64,000 nucleotides of DNA, taken from assembly GCA_051117335.1 (NCBI GenBank), contig JBNPEB010000044.1:39412-103411 (forward strand), read 5' to 3'. Source of the DNA: Elainellaceae cyanobacterium (GTDB taxonomy: Bacteria; Cyanobacteriota; Cyanobacteriia; CAZCXK01). Position 1 is the stretch's first letter, and each line of letters begins with the position of its first letter. Shown one piece after another: positions 20,814-31,959 of the stretch. The notes below the pieces were generated by a model. That model did not search any database. It saw nothing but the letters and a program-made list of their open reading frames with translations, and was not told where the DNA came from. The translations under genes were made by a program, and so were the position numbers.

Positions 20814-22151
20814 TTAGCGGTATGCCTCGAAAATGAGGTCTAGCCGCGTTTGGGCGGCGTTGAGGGCATGTTGAGGCGTATCTCGATCGAGTAAGGCTGC
20901 TTCGATCGCCCGTCCAAGCTGTTCAGAGAGGCGATTGTAACCCGGCAAAATCGGGCGCGATCGCCCATGGGGAGCTTGGTTGAGAAATATGCGAATAGCG
21001 GGCTGTTGTTCTACAAAATCTTGGTAGGGTTCGCTTTGGCGGGCATTAAGATTGACCGGAAGATAGCCAGTTTCGATCGCCCATTGGGTTTGAAAGTCTT
21101 CACTCAGCACATACTCAGCAAAGGTTAGGGCGGCTTGTTCGGTGTCAGGACTGGTCTTAAAGATAAATAAATTTTCTCCACCCACGGCTGTAGCCTGTTG
21201 AATTTTAGGTGGAATGGGCATCACGGCAAAGTCGACCCCTGTTTCTCGGAGCTGGCGGAGCGTCCACGGGCCGGTCAGCTGCATAGCGACCCGACCCGCC
21301 AAAAAATCGTCTAGCTCATAGCCGCGCTCTGGCTGAGACAGGGTTGCAGAGCCATCGTCAACCAAATTTTGCCAAAACTCTAGAGCCGCGATCGCCTCTG
21401 GTGTCGCCAAATCGGGGTGTCCCGTATTTGGGTCAATGAGATTGCCTCCGGCGCTCCATAAAAACGATAGCCATATGAAGACCGTCCACTCGCCTTTCCC
21501 GAGAGGGAGGAGAATGCCATGGTGGGGGGCAGTGTCCTCATCGTTATCGGTGAGCTGTCGGGCGATCGCGCGAATGTCGCTCCACGAGGAGGGGAGTTGG
21601 GTAATACCCGCGGCGTCAAAGAGACTCGGGCGATAAAAAATCCCCACATTGTTGATCCCAAACGGGACTGACCAAATGTGCCCATCCCACGTCATTGAAT
21701 CGAGTAGGGTCGGGTCAATCTCACCTGCGATAGATGATTCGGCAAACCAATGATCTAAGGGACGAATGGCGTCAAGCTCAACCAGCTGCCCGGTAATCAT
21801 GGGAGCATACCAAAGCATCGAAGGCGGCGCGTCTCCGACCACCGCAGACAAAATTTTGGGCATCTGCTGGTCGCCCTGCCCGATGTAGAGCGCATCTACC
21901 TGAATGGACGGATGAGTCTGATTAAACTGCCCGACAAGCCGATTTAACACGTCTCGATTAGGAGGCGGGTTCACCCCATGCCATAGCGTCAGGTGGGTAA
22001 TACCCGGTTCCTGAGACATGCCTGCCTGACATCCTGAAAGGATCAGACCCAAGCAGGCGATGATCACCAGGCTCACCATTCGTGCGATCGCACCCCGGCG
22101 GGTCAATCCTGGGCGTCTTGAATGCGTGATGACTGAAACCGATTCATCCAT
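20814..22151 (-). CDS. ABC transporter substrate-binding protein (family 1, carbohydrate-type), lipoprotein
   Basis: Signal peptide with a lipobox (LILSGC). SBP family-1 fold signatures. The real start is probably the internal Met (MVSL…), which would remove the apparent overlap with cupA. Confidence 0.75.
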   Translation of the reverse strand: MDESVSVITHSRRPGLTRRGAIARMVSLVIIACLGLILSGCQAGMSQEPGITHLTLWHGVNPPPNRDVLNRLVGQFNQTHPSIQVDALYIGQGDQQMPKILSAVVGDAPPSMLWYAPMITGQLVELDAIRPLDHWFAESSIAGEIDPTLLDSMTWDGHIWSVPFGINNVGIFYRPSLFDAAGITQLPSSWSDIRAIARQLTDNDEDTAPHHGILLPLGKGEWTVFIWLSFLWSAGGNLIDPNTGHPDLATPEAIAALEFWQNLVDDGSATLSQPERGYELDDFLAGRVAMQLTGPWTLRQLRETGVDFAVMPIPPKIQQATAVGGENLFIFKTSPDTEQAALTFAEYVLSEDFQTQWAIETGYLPVNLNARQSEPYQDFVEQQPAIRIFLNQAPHGRSRPILPGYNRLSEQLGRAIEAALLDRDTPQHALNAAQTRLDLIFEAYR

Positions 22152-23236
22152 GTTTCAAGATAGGCTCGATTTTCGCGTTGCTGATCGGGGTCTGTTGTGG
22201 TTAAGGGGTGAGGCGCGAGTCCTTGGAGTGCAGCCGTTGTCACGCAAAACATCGATTTCTGAAAGCTGATACAAATTTGCACCAGCAGGTCGTCTTCGCC
22301 TCGGGTCGTTTTGCGATAGACCTCATGCAAATAGTCTGGGATGAAGTGGCGCATGTCCTGCATCAGCAGAGTCGGTGGAATGCCTGACCCGCCTGTAGGT
22401 AGCGGATCGGCAAACAGCGCCCCATATTGAAAATCACCCTGATACAGAGGGATTTGATATGCTTGAGCGTTGTAGGAAATCGTGCCTGGGAACGGCGTGC
22501 CCCGAAAGAAAATCGCCTCTACGTACGGTACCGCCGTGTCTTTCAAAAAGGTTAACCCGGCTGATTCAGGAATGATGGGATAGAGGCGATCGCCAATTTC
22601 AACCTGATAGGTGATGGGCTGGGACGCAGCATTAACTAATCCATTCAAAATATGGTCTACAACATGGGGAATAGAGTGAATGTCCCCGCGATCATAGCGA
22701 TTCGAGAGATCTAGAAAAATATCACTCATGACCCGCCAAAATTGCCCCAGCCCGCTGTAATAGGCTAGTTGACGCACCTGCTCTATTAAGAAGTCAGGGA
22801 ACGCACGATTCATGCCCAGCATCAGCCAGTTGTCCTTCACTTTGGCTTGAATGGCAGCCATGGCATCTCGCTCAAACTGCGGCGTGTCGAGATAGGCATC
22901 GAGTCCGCCGCCGCCATGCCACAGCATCGTTTTCATGCAATATTCAGCGTATTCATAATTCAGCCGATCGTGCCACCAGTGGCGCAATAGCTGCTGAATC
23001 GAAACCTTGCCATTGAAGTATTTAAAGAACGGAAATAAGACTAGAAACTGATGATTAGCAATGTAGGTCAGGTTTTTGGAATAGGCATCTAAGACGACTC
23101 CATAGCTTTTTAAGATGCCCACCACTTCTATCAGGTTTTGTGGAGTATCCACCAGCAAAGCATCTCCAGCCTCAAGCCGATAGATATATTCGGCCAAGGG
23201 ATGCCGGGAGGGTTCGATTTGATTAGTGCTGACCAT
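22103..23236 (-). CDS. cupA: CO2 hydration protein CupA/ChpY of NDH-1MS
   Basis: 377 aa immediately downstream of ndhD3 and ndhF3. Conserved ChpY-type His/Cys-rich regions (WHDRLNYEYAEYCMKTMLWHGGGGLDAYLD). Confidence 0.8.
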   Translation of the reverse strand: MVSTNQIEPSRHPLAEYIYRLEAGDALLVDTPQNLIEVVGILKSYGVVLDAYSKNLTYIANHQFLVLFPFFKYFNGKVSIQQLLRHWWHDRLNYEYAEYCMKTMLWHGGGGLDAYLDTPQFERDAMAAIQAKVKDNWLMLGMNRAFPDFLIEQVRQLAYYSGLGQFWRVMSDIFLDLSNRYDRGDIHSIPHVVDHILNGLVNAASQPITYQVEIGDRLYPIIPESAGLTFLKDTAVPYVEAIFFRGTPFPGTISYNAQAYQIPLYQGDFQYGALFADPLPTGGSGIPPTLLMQDMRHFIPDYLHEVYRKTTRGEDDLLVQICISFQKSMFCVTTAALQGLAPHPLTTTDPDQQRENRAYLETWMNRFQSSRIQDAQD

Positions 23237-23259
23237 AACAAGCAGTGATTATCGAGCGT

Positions 23260-24834
23260 CTACAGAGTAGGGAGAACGGTTTGGGAAATGGGCAGTTGGG
23301 GAGCATTAACGGGAGGGGCGGCGATCGCTTCAGCTCCGGCGATCGCTGGAACTGAGGCATCAGGCTTTTTGACATCCCACTGCCCCGTAAGCAAGAAGGC
23401 CACTTGAGGCTCTGTCCAGCGAACAAGCCACGAAGGTTGAAGCCCCAATCCTAAAATAAAGAGTGCTAAGACAATCGCAGGTAGCCGATCAGACCACTTC
23501 ACACGCGGCAAATCTGCCAAATAGTCAGGTAGGCGACCAAAAAAGACTTTGTTGACCATCAGCAGAAAATAGACGGCTGTTAAGCCAGTGCCGATCATAC
23601 AAAGCAGGGTTTGGATTGGGAAGATTGCAAAACTGCCTCTGAAGACCAGAAATTCTGCGATGAAGCCCACCATACCAGGAATCCCAGCACTTGCCATCAC
23701 CCCCATGATTAATAGACTGCCAATGATTGGCAATCCCCTTTCTGGATTCAAAAGTCCTTTTAAGTAATTCACGTCTCGGCTGCCCGTCTTGTTGGCAACA
23801 ACGCCGACTAATAAAAACAGCATGGCAGAAATTAAGCCATGACTGACCATTTGGGAGACGGCGGCAATGACGCTCAAGCGAGTCGATGCAGCCATTGCTA
23901 GCAAGATGAATGCCATGTGGGCAATAGACGAATAGGCGACAACATTCTTCATATCTTGCTGGGCGATCGCGCAGGATGCCCCATACAAGGCACTAATCAC
24001 CGCCCAGATTGCCAACCACGGTGCTAAGTAAGCCCAGGCATCGAGAAACAGCCCCAACCCAAATCGAAGCAATCCGTAGGTGCCAAGTTTGAGCAATACA
24101 CCCGCTAGCAGCACGGATACAGGGGTTGAGGCTTGTACGTGTGCGTCAGGGAGCCACGTATGGAACGGGAAAAACGGAATTTTGATACCGAAGCCGATGA
24201 GCAATCCGCTAAGTAGCACGATTTGAGTTCCGAGGGGCATGGTTTGCGATCGCAATGTTTCATAATCAAAGCTCGATACCCCTGTAACCCAGGCAATTCC
24301 TAAGAAAGATGCCAACACAAAAATGCCTGATATGGCGGTATAAATCAGAAATTTTGTTGCGGCATAGCCTCGTTTGGCTCCGCCCCAGATGGCAATCAAT
24401 AAATAGAGAGGAATCAGCTCAATTTCATAGAAAAGGAAGAATAGCAGCAAATCTTGAGCTAAAAATGCCCCAGCGACTCCGGCATTCAGCAGTAGTATCA
24501 GAATGTAATAAAACTGCGGCCGTTGAATGTCGCGATCGGTGCTCCAGATGGCGATGATCGTCAATAGCGAGCTTAAGAAAACCAGCGGAAATGACAAACC
24601 ATCTAGCCCGAGGTGATAACTGAGCCCGATGGTGTTAACCCACAGCAAATATTCGGAAAAATGCATGGCAGGCATTCCCGGATTAAACTGGAACCCCAAG
24701 ACAATCGTCCACAACCAAAGCGCGATCGCCACCCCTAGCGCGATCGCCCGATACGTGTCAGGCCGAGACGTTTTGGGCATAATCCCGATGAGGACTGCTC
24801 CTAAAACGGGCATCAAAATCAAAGCAGTGAGCAT
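23260..24834 (-). CDS. ndhD3: NAD(P)H-quinone oxidoreductase subunit D (CO2-uptake paralogue)
   Basis: 524 aa polytopic NuoM/NdhD antiporter-like subunit. The D3 assignment comes from its adjacency to cupA and ndhF3. Confidence 0.8.
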   Translation of the reverse strand: MLTALILMPVLGAVLIGIMPKTSRPDTYRAIALGVAIALWLWTIVLGFQFNPGMPAMHFSEYLLWVNTIGLSYHLGLDGLSFPLVFLSSLLTIIAIWSTDRDIQRPQFYYILILLLNAGVAGAFLAQDLLLFFLFYEIELIPLYLLIAIWGGAKRGYAATKFLIYTAISGIFVLASFLGIAWVTGVSSFDYETLRSQTMPLGTQIVLLSGLLIGFGIKIPFFPFHTWLPDAHVQASTPVSVLLAGVLLKLGTYGLLRFGLGLFLDAWAYLAPWLAIWAVISALYGASCAIAQQDMKNVVAYSSIAHMAFILLAMAASTRLSVIAAVSQMVSHGLISAMLFLLVGVVANKTGSRDVNYLKGLLNPERGLPIIGSLLIMGVMASAGIPGMVGFIAEFLVFRGSFAIFPIQTLLCMIGTGLTAVYFLLMVNKVFFGRLPDYLADLPRVKWSDRLPAIVLALFILGLGLQPSWLVRWTEPQVAFLLTGQWDVKKPDASVPAIAGAEAIAAPPVNAPQLPISQTVLPTL

Positions 24835-24865
24835 TCTATCGAATCTCCTTTGGTATCGTTTCCCG

Positions 24866-26737
24866 CTATAACAACCAGCCCATCGTCCATCCCATGGTCA
24901 ACACAAAAATAATGCCCAGCCCAACTAAGATGGTCAAAATATAGGCTTGAGACTGTCCCGATGCGCTATATCGGAGAGCCTGTCCGCTGAGCACCGTCGC
25001 CAATCCGACCAGGTTTACGGCGCCATCTACGACATATCGGTCAAACCAAGAAGTCAATTTAGCAGACGTATTAACCAGCCACACCACTGTTAGGCCATAA
25101 ATTCGATCGATGTAAAAGTCATACGCCAATAGATCTTGTAAGAAACGCAATGAAACTTGGGTTGAACGCGCCCACGCTCGGCGCAGTTCGATAAACATTC
25201 CTAGGACAAACCCAATCAAACCTGACGCAATCAATAGCGGTAACGCAACTTGGATGATCAGCTGGTTCGCGTTTTGCAAAGGCGTAGTTGGGCTGAGCCA
25301 AAACGTCCACCGCAATGGAATTAATGGTGAAAGCAGCACAATAATAGTCAATGCCACCATCGGCACTGCCATAGGCCAAGCAACCTCTGGCGCACGACGC
25401 GTCTTTTCTTGAGGTTTTCCGCAAAACACCAGCCGAAAGACGCGAGTTAGATTCAGCGCATTGAAGAAATTTACAAACACTAAGACGCCCAGCAACCACC
25501 ACGGAACATGCCATACTCCACTTACCCATTGCTGCATGGTCCAAAATGTGCCCAGCGGAAACAGCACCACCAAGCTAGCAGCCCCTACGACAAACGCAGT
25601 CGTCGTTGCAGGCATGCGCGACCAAAGCCCGCCCATCACGGTGATATTTTGATCATTGGTGGTCGAAATGATAGACCCAACACTCATAAACAGCAGGGCT
25701 TTGGCGATCGCATGCGTAAGCAGCAGCAGCAGGGCAATATCAACGTGCCCCAAGCCAACCGCAATAAACACAAAGCCCAGATACGCACTCGTCGAATGAG
25801 ACAATGCCCGTTTAAGGTCTATCTGAGCGAGCGCCATCAGCGACGTGCCGATTGCCGTAACTGTTCCGATTAAAATCAATGCATCCGCCGAAACAGGTGA
25901 AAGCGTAAACACCGGCTGAAGCTTAATCAGAACGTACGCCCCCGCGGAGACGACAATCGTATTTCTGACAATACTGGCAGGGTTTGGGCCTTCCATGGCT
26001 TCATCCAGCCAAAGATTCAGCGGAAACTGAGCGCATTTACCGGTTGGTCCCGCAATTAACGCCAATCCCAAGAGTGCGGCAGCGAGAGGAGTCAGCGACG
26101 ATGTTTCCGCCCAATCTTGCAATTCTGAGAATGACAATCCTTCTCCATAGCTCGATAGCGCCACAACTCCCATTAGCAAGATGATGTCACCCACCCGCTT
26201 GGTCAAAAAAGCATCTCTAGCCGCAGTGATCACTAGAGGCTGAGCATACCAAAATCCGACCAACAGATAGGTCGATAAGGTCAGAATTTCAAGAAGAGCA
26301 TAGCTGAGAAACAGCGAATCACTAATTGCAATGCCACTGAGTGACGCCTCAAAAAAGCCCATCAGCCCAAAAAAGCGAGCCAGTGACCAATCTTTTTCCA
26401 TATAGCCCAGCGCAAATATCTGAGCAAGAAGACTAATCCCGGCAACGAGTTCCATGGCTCCTAAGCTAATCGGTGAAATCTCAATCGCCAAAAACAAATC
26501 GAGATCAGCAACCTTTAGCCACGGATAAATCAACTGTTGAGGTTCCTGCTGCCAGATCAGGAAAAACGCTAGCGAACCGTGCAAAAATGCTAAAAGCGTC
26601 AGGAATAAATTAATATATACAGCCGGTCGAGGCCCTGTCCGTTTCACTCCTCCCACTGACCAGGGCAGAGTCAAAACAGCACCCAGCAAGCCATAAAGAG
26701 GCACCAACCAACAGCTTTGCAGCAGAAACTGCGTCAT
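24866..26737 (-). CDS. ndhF3: NAD(P)H-quinone oxidoreductase subunit F (CO2-uptake paralogue)
   Basis: 623 aa NuoL/NdhF-like. It is the first gene of the ndhF3-ndhD3-cupA operon. Confidence 0.8.
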   Translation of the reverse strand: MTQFLLQSCWLVPLYGLLGAVLTLPWSVGGVKRTGPRPAVYINLFLTLLAFLHGSLAFFLIWQQEPQQLIYPWLKVADLDLFLAIEISPISLGAMELVAGISLLAQIFALGYMEKDWSLARFFGLMGFFEASLSGIAISDSLFLSYALLEILTLSTYLLVGFWYAQPLVITAARDAFLTKRVGDIILLMGVVALSSYGEGLSFSELQDWAETSSLTPLAAALLGLALIAGPTGKCAQFPLNLWLDEAMEGPNPASIVRNTIVVSAGAYVLIKLQPVFTLSPVSADALILIGTVTAIGTSLMALAQIDLKRALSHSTSAYLGFVFIAVGLGHVDIALLLLLTHAIAKALLFMSVGSIISTTNDQNITVMGGLWSRMPATTTAFVVGAASLVVLFPLGTFWTMQQWVSGVWHVPWWLLGVLVFVNFFNALNLTRVFRLVFCGKPQEKTRRAPEVAWPMAVPMVALTIIVLLSPLIPLRWTFWLSPTTPLQNANQLIIQVALPLLIASGLIGFVLGMFIELRRAWARSTQVSLRFLQDLLAYDFYIDRIYGLTVVWLVNTSAKLTSWFDRYVVDGAVNLVGLATVLSGQALRYSASGQSQAYILTILVGLGIIFVLTMGWTMGWLL

Positions 26738-27913
26738 TTATCGTCATCCCCGAATGTGTCAGAGCAAGAATTTAGACCCAAGCCATGAAGTGCTGATAAC
26801 TACCCCAAGCAATGGATCGATACCGGCAGCGATTGCCTAGATAATACGCAGCAACCACCTGAGAAAAGTAGCAAACGAGTGCAACAAATAATGTCAGCCG
26901 ATTCTCAGCCTATTGCCTAGATTACTAAAGAATGACCCCCGGCGCACTGAGCAGGCATCTAAGGGGGGCTCTCTGGATGCCACTTAATCTAGACAGAAAA
27001 CCTAGACCACCCCATCCAATCGGCGTGTGTGGATTGCAATTCAAAGCAACCACAGTTTCGTCATGCATTTCATCGCTAGCTTCATAATTGGTAGTATTTC
27101 GAAATCAAACGTTTAATATTGTGGATTTGTTTGACATAATTTTAGTTTTATTTGGCGCATTTAAACATGTTTAGATTTGTTTAATCGGGTTTGAATTAAT
27201 ATTTCTAAAAATCATGAAAAATGTCGATAAATCTAATGCCATAAATTTGCTTCAAACTGTTTGATTTGAGGTCGCATGTCGGTGCTATAATTAAATAATT
27301 GTCAATCTATCTCATTAAAGACTCGTAGAGAGTTCTATAAGAGTTTGGTTCGATTTTCCTTTACGCTAAATCTCGGCATTTTTTAGGCAGAATAAAGCGT
27401 TAGTCTGTTGTAAGCTGAGTGAAGCTTGCCTTATTCCTATGAACTTATGAACTAGAGTCTGCTAGTTGTGCTATGCAAATTGTCAGACTCTCTAGGTGCT
27501 GAGTTTTATGCAAATTTCTACACACGCTTCTAAAAATGATGAACAGCGTTCGTAGACGATTCAGTTGCTTAGGCGGTGATTGGCAAGGGTATCGGATACT
27601 GGCAAGTAGATAGAGATTCGGTAAATAGAAATTCGGTAAATAGATCAACGAAATAGGCAAATGAAGAAATAGACAAACGAATCGATGCCTCAAATCCACT
27701 GGATTCGAGATGCCGAGTCGCATTAGAGAATCTTATAAATATCATTTGAGATAATCATTTCGGTTTATATTGTCAAAGGTAAGAGCAGCCCTGTATGCTT
27801 AAAATTGGGAATTTTAAGGTGCTTTTCTGAAAAATTATCATCGGCCTTCCCGTCGAAATTTTCAGATTTTATCCACACTATTTTTGACGATTTTCTAGTT
27901 AGGAGATTGACTG

Positions 27914-28222
27914 ATGCCGATTGCTGTTGGAATGGTAGAAACGTTAGGGTTTCCTGCAGTTGTTGAAGCCGCTGATGCAATGGTGAAAGCTGCTCGTGTA
28001 ACGCTGGTTGGCTACGAAAAAATTGGAAGTGGCCGCGTTACTGTTATTGTCCGGGGCGATGTGTCGGAGGTTCAGGCTTCCGTCGCTGCAGGGGTTGAAA
28101 ATGCAAAGCGTGTAAACGGTGGGGAAGTTCTGTCTACCCATATTATTGCGCGTCCCCATGAAAACTTGGAATACGTTCTGCCAATTCGATATACAGAAGC
28201 TGTAGAACAGTTTCGAAGTTAG
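27914..28222 (+). CDS. ccmK: Carboxysome shell protein CcmK (BMC-H)
   Basis: 102 aa. BMC domain ([55 protein letters not shown]). Confidence 0.95.
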   Translation: MPIAVGMVETLGFPAVVEAADAMVKAARVTLVGYEKIGSGRVTVIVRGDVSEVQASVAAGVENAKRVNGGEVLSTHIIARPHENLEYVLPIRYTEAVEQFRS

Positions 28223-28271
28223 ATAGGTTTGTGCTGTTTCTAATACATTTATTTAAGGAAGGGAGAAAACA

Positions 28272-28613
28272 ATGGCAATTGCTGTTGGGATGGTAGAAAC
28301 ATTAGGATTTCCTGCAGTGGTCGAGGCAGCGGACGCAATGGTGAAAGCTGCTCGTGTAACGCTGGTTGGTTACGAGAAAATCGGAAGTGGTCGCGTGACT
28401 GTGATCGTTCGTGGCGATGTGTCAGAGGTTCAGGCATCGGTTGCCGCAGGGGTTGATAACGTCAAGCGAGTCAATGGTGGGCAGGTTCTCTCAACTCACA
28501 TCATTGCCCGTCCCCATGAAAACTTGGAATATGTTCTGCCGATTCGCTATACCGAGGCTGTTGAGGCATTCCGCGAGAGTGTGACTGGAATTCGTCCCAT
28601 TAGTCGATCGTAG
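28272..28613 (+). CDS. ccmK: Carboxysome shell protein CcmK paralogue with C-terminal extension
   Basis: 113 aa. 95% identical in its core to the upstream CcmK, with an added C-terminal tail ([12 protein letters not shown]). Confidence 0.95.
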   Translation: MAIAVGMVETLGFPAVVEAADAMVKAARVTLVGYEKIGSGRVTVIVRGDVSEVQASVAAGVDNVKRVNGGQVLSTHIIARPHENLEYVLPIRYTEAVEAFRESVTGIRPISRS

Positions 28614-28619
28614 AGTCTG

Positions 28620-28922
28620 ATGCAAATCGCCAGAGTTTGTGGAACCGTTGTTAGCACTCAGAAAGAGTCTAGCTTAACTGGTGTCAAGTTCTTGTTAGTT
28701 CAACTACTGGATGAAGATGGAAATCCTCTACCGGAATATGAAGTAGCAGCCGATAATGTGGGGGCGGGTGTCGATGAATGGGTTTTGATTAGTCGTGGGA
28801 GCGCTGCTCGTCAAACTCCTGGAGGCGAAACTCGTCCGCTTGATGCATTAGTAGTCGGAATTATTGACACGGTGAGTGTTAGTCAAGGGTTCATGTATAG
28901 CAAGCGAGAGCAAGATCGCTAG
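28620..28922 (+). CDS. ccmL: Carboxysome vertex protein CcmL (BMC-V, EutN/CcmL family)
   Basis: 100 aa (MQIARVCGTVVSTQK…GVDEWVLISRGSAARQ). Confidence 0.9.
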   Translation: MQIARVCGTVVSTQKESSLTGVKFLLVQLLDEDGNPLPEYEVAADNVGAGVDEWVLISRGSAARQTPGGETRPLDALVVGIIDTVSVSQGFMYSKREQDR

Positions 28923-29202
28923 AGCAGCTATAATCTGCGATCGATGGCTTGCTTTGTAGGTTGGAGCTTTGGTAGCAATTGGGCTTGTGTAATAGTGCAC
29001 CTGTCGGGTGCAGAGTAATCCCGCAGAGAGCTTCAGTGCCGGGAAGTAAGCTGGTTGATGGGTTAAGGTCGGTAGATTTGCTCGATTGTGGGTAAGTTTT
29101 TGTCTGGCATATCGGCTTATCAGCAATACTTGAAACCGGATTTAACTCTCTCCGACAATGGTTTGTTGATTTTGAGTATCGCGTGTTTCAGTCAGGAGAT
29201 GA

Positions 29203-31296
29203 TTGTCAATGGTTGCCCATAGCTCTGCTGCTCCACCTACCCCATGGTCTAAAAACCTAGCTCAGCCCAAAATTCATGACACTGCTTACGTCCATTCGTT
29301 TTCCAATATTATTGGGGACGTTTATGTCGGGGCTGATGTCCTTGTTGCGCCGGGAACGTCAATTCGAGCCGATGAGGGCACTCCCTTTCATATTGGGGAG
29401 GGTTCAAATATTCAGGATGGAGTGGTCGTTCACGGTCTGGAGCAAGGTCGAGTTGTTGGTGATGATCGAAAGCAGTATTCTGTGTGGATTGGCAAGGATA
29501 CGTCCATCACCCATATGGTCTTAATCCATGGGCCTGTTTACATTGGAAGTAACTGTTTTATTGGTTTTCGATCGACGATTTTCAACGCACGAGTGGGCGA
29601 TGGTTGCGTCGTGATGATGCATGCTCTTGTCCAAGATGTGGAGATTCCTCCTGGAAAGTATGTTCCTTCGGGATCGGTGATTACTATGCAGCAGCAGGCC
29701 GATCGTCTTCCCGATGTTCAGTCTTTGGATGTCAAGTTTGCTAATCATGTGATTGATGTCAACGATGCGTTACGGTCTGGGTATCGTTGTTCTGAGGATA
29801 TTGCCTGTGTTGCTGCAATTCGTGATGAACTGGGACAAGGTCAGCAATCAATTATGGAATACAACTACAAATCAACTAACGCTAGTCAATCCAGCAATGG
29901 CTCTGGTGGAGCGCGAAGCGATCGCCTGAGTCCAGACGTCGTCAATCAGGTTCGTCAACTGCTGGCTCAAGGTCATCGGATTGGTGCAGAACATGCTGAC
30001 GCACGTCGATTTCAAACGAGTTCATGGAAGAGCTGTGCGCCTATCTCATCAACACGGGACTCTGATGTGTTTGCAGCCCTAGAAGCCTGTATGGCAGATC
30101 ACGCCGGAGAATATGTCCGGCTGATTGGTATTGATCCGAATGCAAAGCGGCGTGTCCTTGAGACGATTATTCAACGTCCAGGAGAAGCGCCTAAAGCCGC
30201 TACCAATGGCGGTCGTTCCTCTCGCAGTGCGGCGCCGTCATCGGGTGGAAATAGCGGGCGAGGTTCGTCGTCAGGTGCAGGGGGCGATCGCTTCGACTCT
30301 GACGTGATTCAACAGGTGCGCCAGCTCCTTTCGCAAGGATATCGAATTGGCATGGAGCATGCGGATGCGCGTCGATTCCAAACGAGTTCTTGGAAGAGTT
30401 GTCCGCCCATTTCATCGACTCGCGAATCTGACGTGATGGCAGCCTTAAATGCATGCTTAGCCGAACATAGCGGCGAATATGTTCGCTTGCTCGGCATTGA
30501 TCCAAATGCAAAACGGCGTGTCCTTGAAACTATTATTCAACGCCCAGGAGATAAGCCAGCTGCCCCCTCATCCCAATCTTCCGGCACTACGGCATATTCG
30601 TCTTCCTCTAATGTCTCTTCACGGCGAGATAGTAGCTATTCATCTGCCCAGTCTGCCCATACGAATGTCGACTCCGATGTGGCTCGCCAAGTTGACCAGC
30701 TTCTCAGTCAGGGATATCGGATTGGTATGGAGTACGCTGATGCGCGTCGCTTTCAGACAAGCTCTTGGAAGAGTTGTGGGTCTGTTCAGTCAACCCGCAC
30801 GTCAGACGTGATTCAAGCGCTAAAAAATTGTCTGGCTGAGCATCAGGGTGAATATGTTCGACTCATTGGTATCGACCCAAACGCGAAGCGGCGTGTTGTT
30901 GAAACGATTATTCAGCGTCCTGGAGAGCAGCCGAGGAGCGTAGCTGCAAGCAGGAGTCATGAATCACGCAGTGCATCCTCTTCCGCGCCTGCCCAATCGT
31001 CTCGTAATGGCTATTCTCAATCTGTTCAGAGCGCAGCCTTAGATGCAGATACGGTACAAACCATTACCCAATTGTTGAATCAGGGCTACCGCATTGGTAC
31101 AGAACATGCCGATGCACGTCGCTTCCAAACTAGCTCTTGGCGGAGTTGTGCGCCTATCGAGTCCAAGCATACGCCTGATGTGGTGCGTGCATTAGAGGCA
31201 TGTTTGGCAGAGCATGAGGGTGAATATGTTCGACTGATTGGCATTGATCCAAATGTCAAACGTCGGGTGGTGGAGACGATTATTCAACGTCCATAA
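29203..31296 (+). CDS. ccmM: Carboxysome assembly protein CcmM: N-terminal gamma-carbonic-anhydrase-like LbH domain plus four RbcS-like (SSUL) repeats
   Basis: The gamma-CA N-terminus is followed by four ~85-aa repeats, each containing [29 protein letters not shown]…[24 protein letters not shown]. The underlying DNA is a ~330 bp tandem repeat between 29930 and 31290. Confidence 0.95.
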   Translation: MSMVAHSSAAPPTPWSKNLAQPKIHDTAYVHSFSNIIGDVYVGADVLVAPGTSIRADEGTPFHIGEGSNIQDGVVVHGLEQGRVVGDDRKQYSVWIGKDTSITHMVLIHGPVYIGSNCFIGFRSTIFNARVGDGCVVMMHALVQDVEIPPGKYVPSGSVITMQQQADRLPDVQSLDVKFANHVIDVNDALRSGYRCSEDIACVAAIRDELGQGQQSIMEYNYKSTNASQSSNGSGGARSDRLSPDVVNQVRQLLAQGHRIGAEHADARRFQTSSWKSCAPISSTRDSDVFAALEACMADHAGEYVRLIGIDPNAKRRVLETIIQRPGEAPKAATNGGRSSRSAAPSSGGNSGRGSSSGAGGDRFDSDVIQQVRQLLSQGYRIGMEHADARRFQTSSWKSCPPISSTRESDVMAALNACLAEHSGEYVRLLGIDPNAKRRVLETIIQRPGDKPAAPSSQSSGTTAYSSSSNVSSRRDSSYSSAQSAHTNVDSDVARQVDQLLSQGYRIGMEYADARRFQTSSWKSCGSVQSTRTSDVIQALKNCLAEHQGEYVRLIGIDPNAKRRVVETIIQRPGEQPRSVAASRSHESRSASSSAPAQSSRNGYSQSVQSAALDADTVQTITQLLNQGYRIGTEHADARRFQTSSWRSCAPIESKHTPDVVRALEACLAEHEGEYVRLIGIDPNVKRRVVETIIQRP

Positions 31297-31318
31297 ACTA
31301 GGCAAATTCAGCTAGTGA

Positions 31319-31909
31319 TTGAGCATATTGAGCATAATGCCTGTTTCTGAGGTGCAATGTCCGACTGATGTAGTATTTTATGTTGCGGGTGATGTAACCA
31401 TCCATCCATCTGCGGCGATCGCCTCTGAGGTATTACTACAGGCTAATTTGGGGAGTCGGATTATCATTGGAGAAGGGGCATGCATTGGATCGGGTTCGAT
31501 TATTCATGCCCATCAGGGTATTTTAGAGATAAGATCGGGTGTAACCCTAGGAACTAAAGTTTTGATTGTCGGCAACGGATACATTGGAGTGAATGCATCC
31601 GTAGGGTCGCATACAACTATCTTTAACTGCTCGGTTGAAGATCATCAATGCGTTCCATCTCAGTCATTAATCGTAGATGAACATCTATACCATAGGGGTA
31701 TTAACGAGTCTGCTAATGACTCCTCTGGAGATTTTGTCAAAGATTCTAACGGCAGTTCTTCGCAAGCATCTGAGTCGCAATCAGCTTCAAACCCTATCAA
31801 ACGCCAAGACTCTCAAGTTTACGGTTTAGACTCAGTGAAGCGGCTGACGCGAATGATGTTTCCTCATCGTTTAGATTCTCAAGACGATCCAACGGATTCA
31901 TCGAGCTAA
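31319..31909 (+). CDS. ccmN: Carboxysome assembly protein CcmN (LbH domain plus C-terminal encapsulation peptide)
   Basis: Hexapeptide-repeat N-terminal domain, a Ser-rich linker, and a C-terminal amphipathic segment (VYGLDSVKRLTRMMF). Confidence 0.75.
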   Translation: MSILSIMPVSEVQCPTDVVFYVAGDVTIHPSAAIASEVLLQANLGSRIIIGEGACIGSGSIIHAHQGILEIRSGVTLGTKVLIVGNGYIGVNASVGSHTTIFNCSVEDHQCVPSQSLIVDEHLYHRGINESANDSSGDFVKDSNGSSSQASESQSASNPIKRQDSQVYGLDSVKRLTRMMFPHRLDSQDDPTDSSS

Positions 31910-31959
31910 GCCAACCGGGCGATATCCCATAAGTAACCAGGTTCAATTGGAGGTCGGAG

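Noticed and set aside
22103-22151. 48-nt overlap between cupA and the downstream ABC substrate-binding protein
   Set aside because: Most likely a start-codon choice artefact. The internal Met (MVSLVIIACLGLILSGC) gives a proper lipoprotein signal peptide and removes the overlap.
29276-29524. 82-aa ORF in an alternate frame inside ccmM, and 30125..30811 ORFs
   Set aside because: These overlap the well-supported ccmM frame, including the SSUL repeat region.
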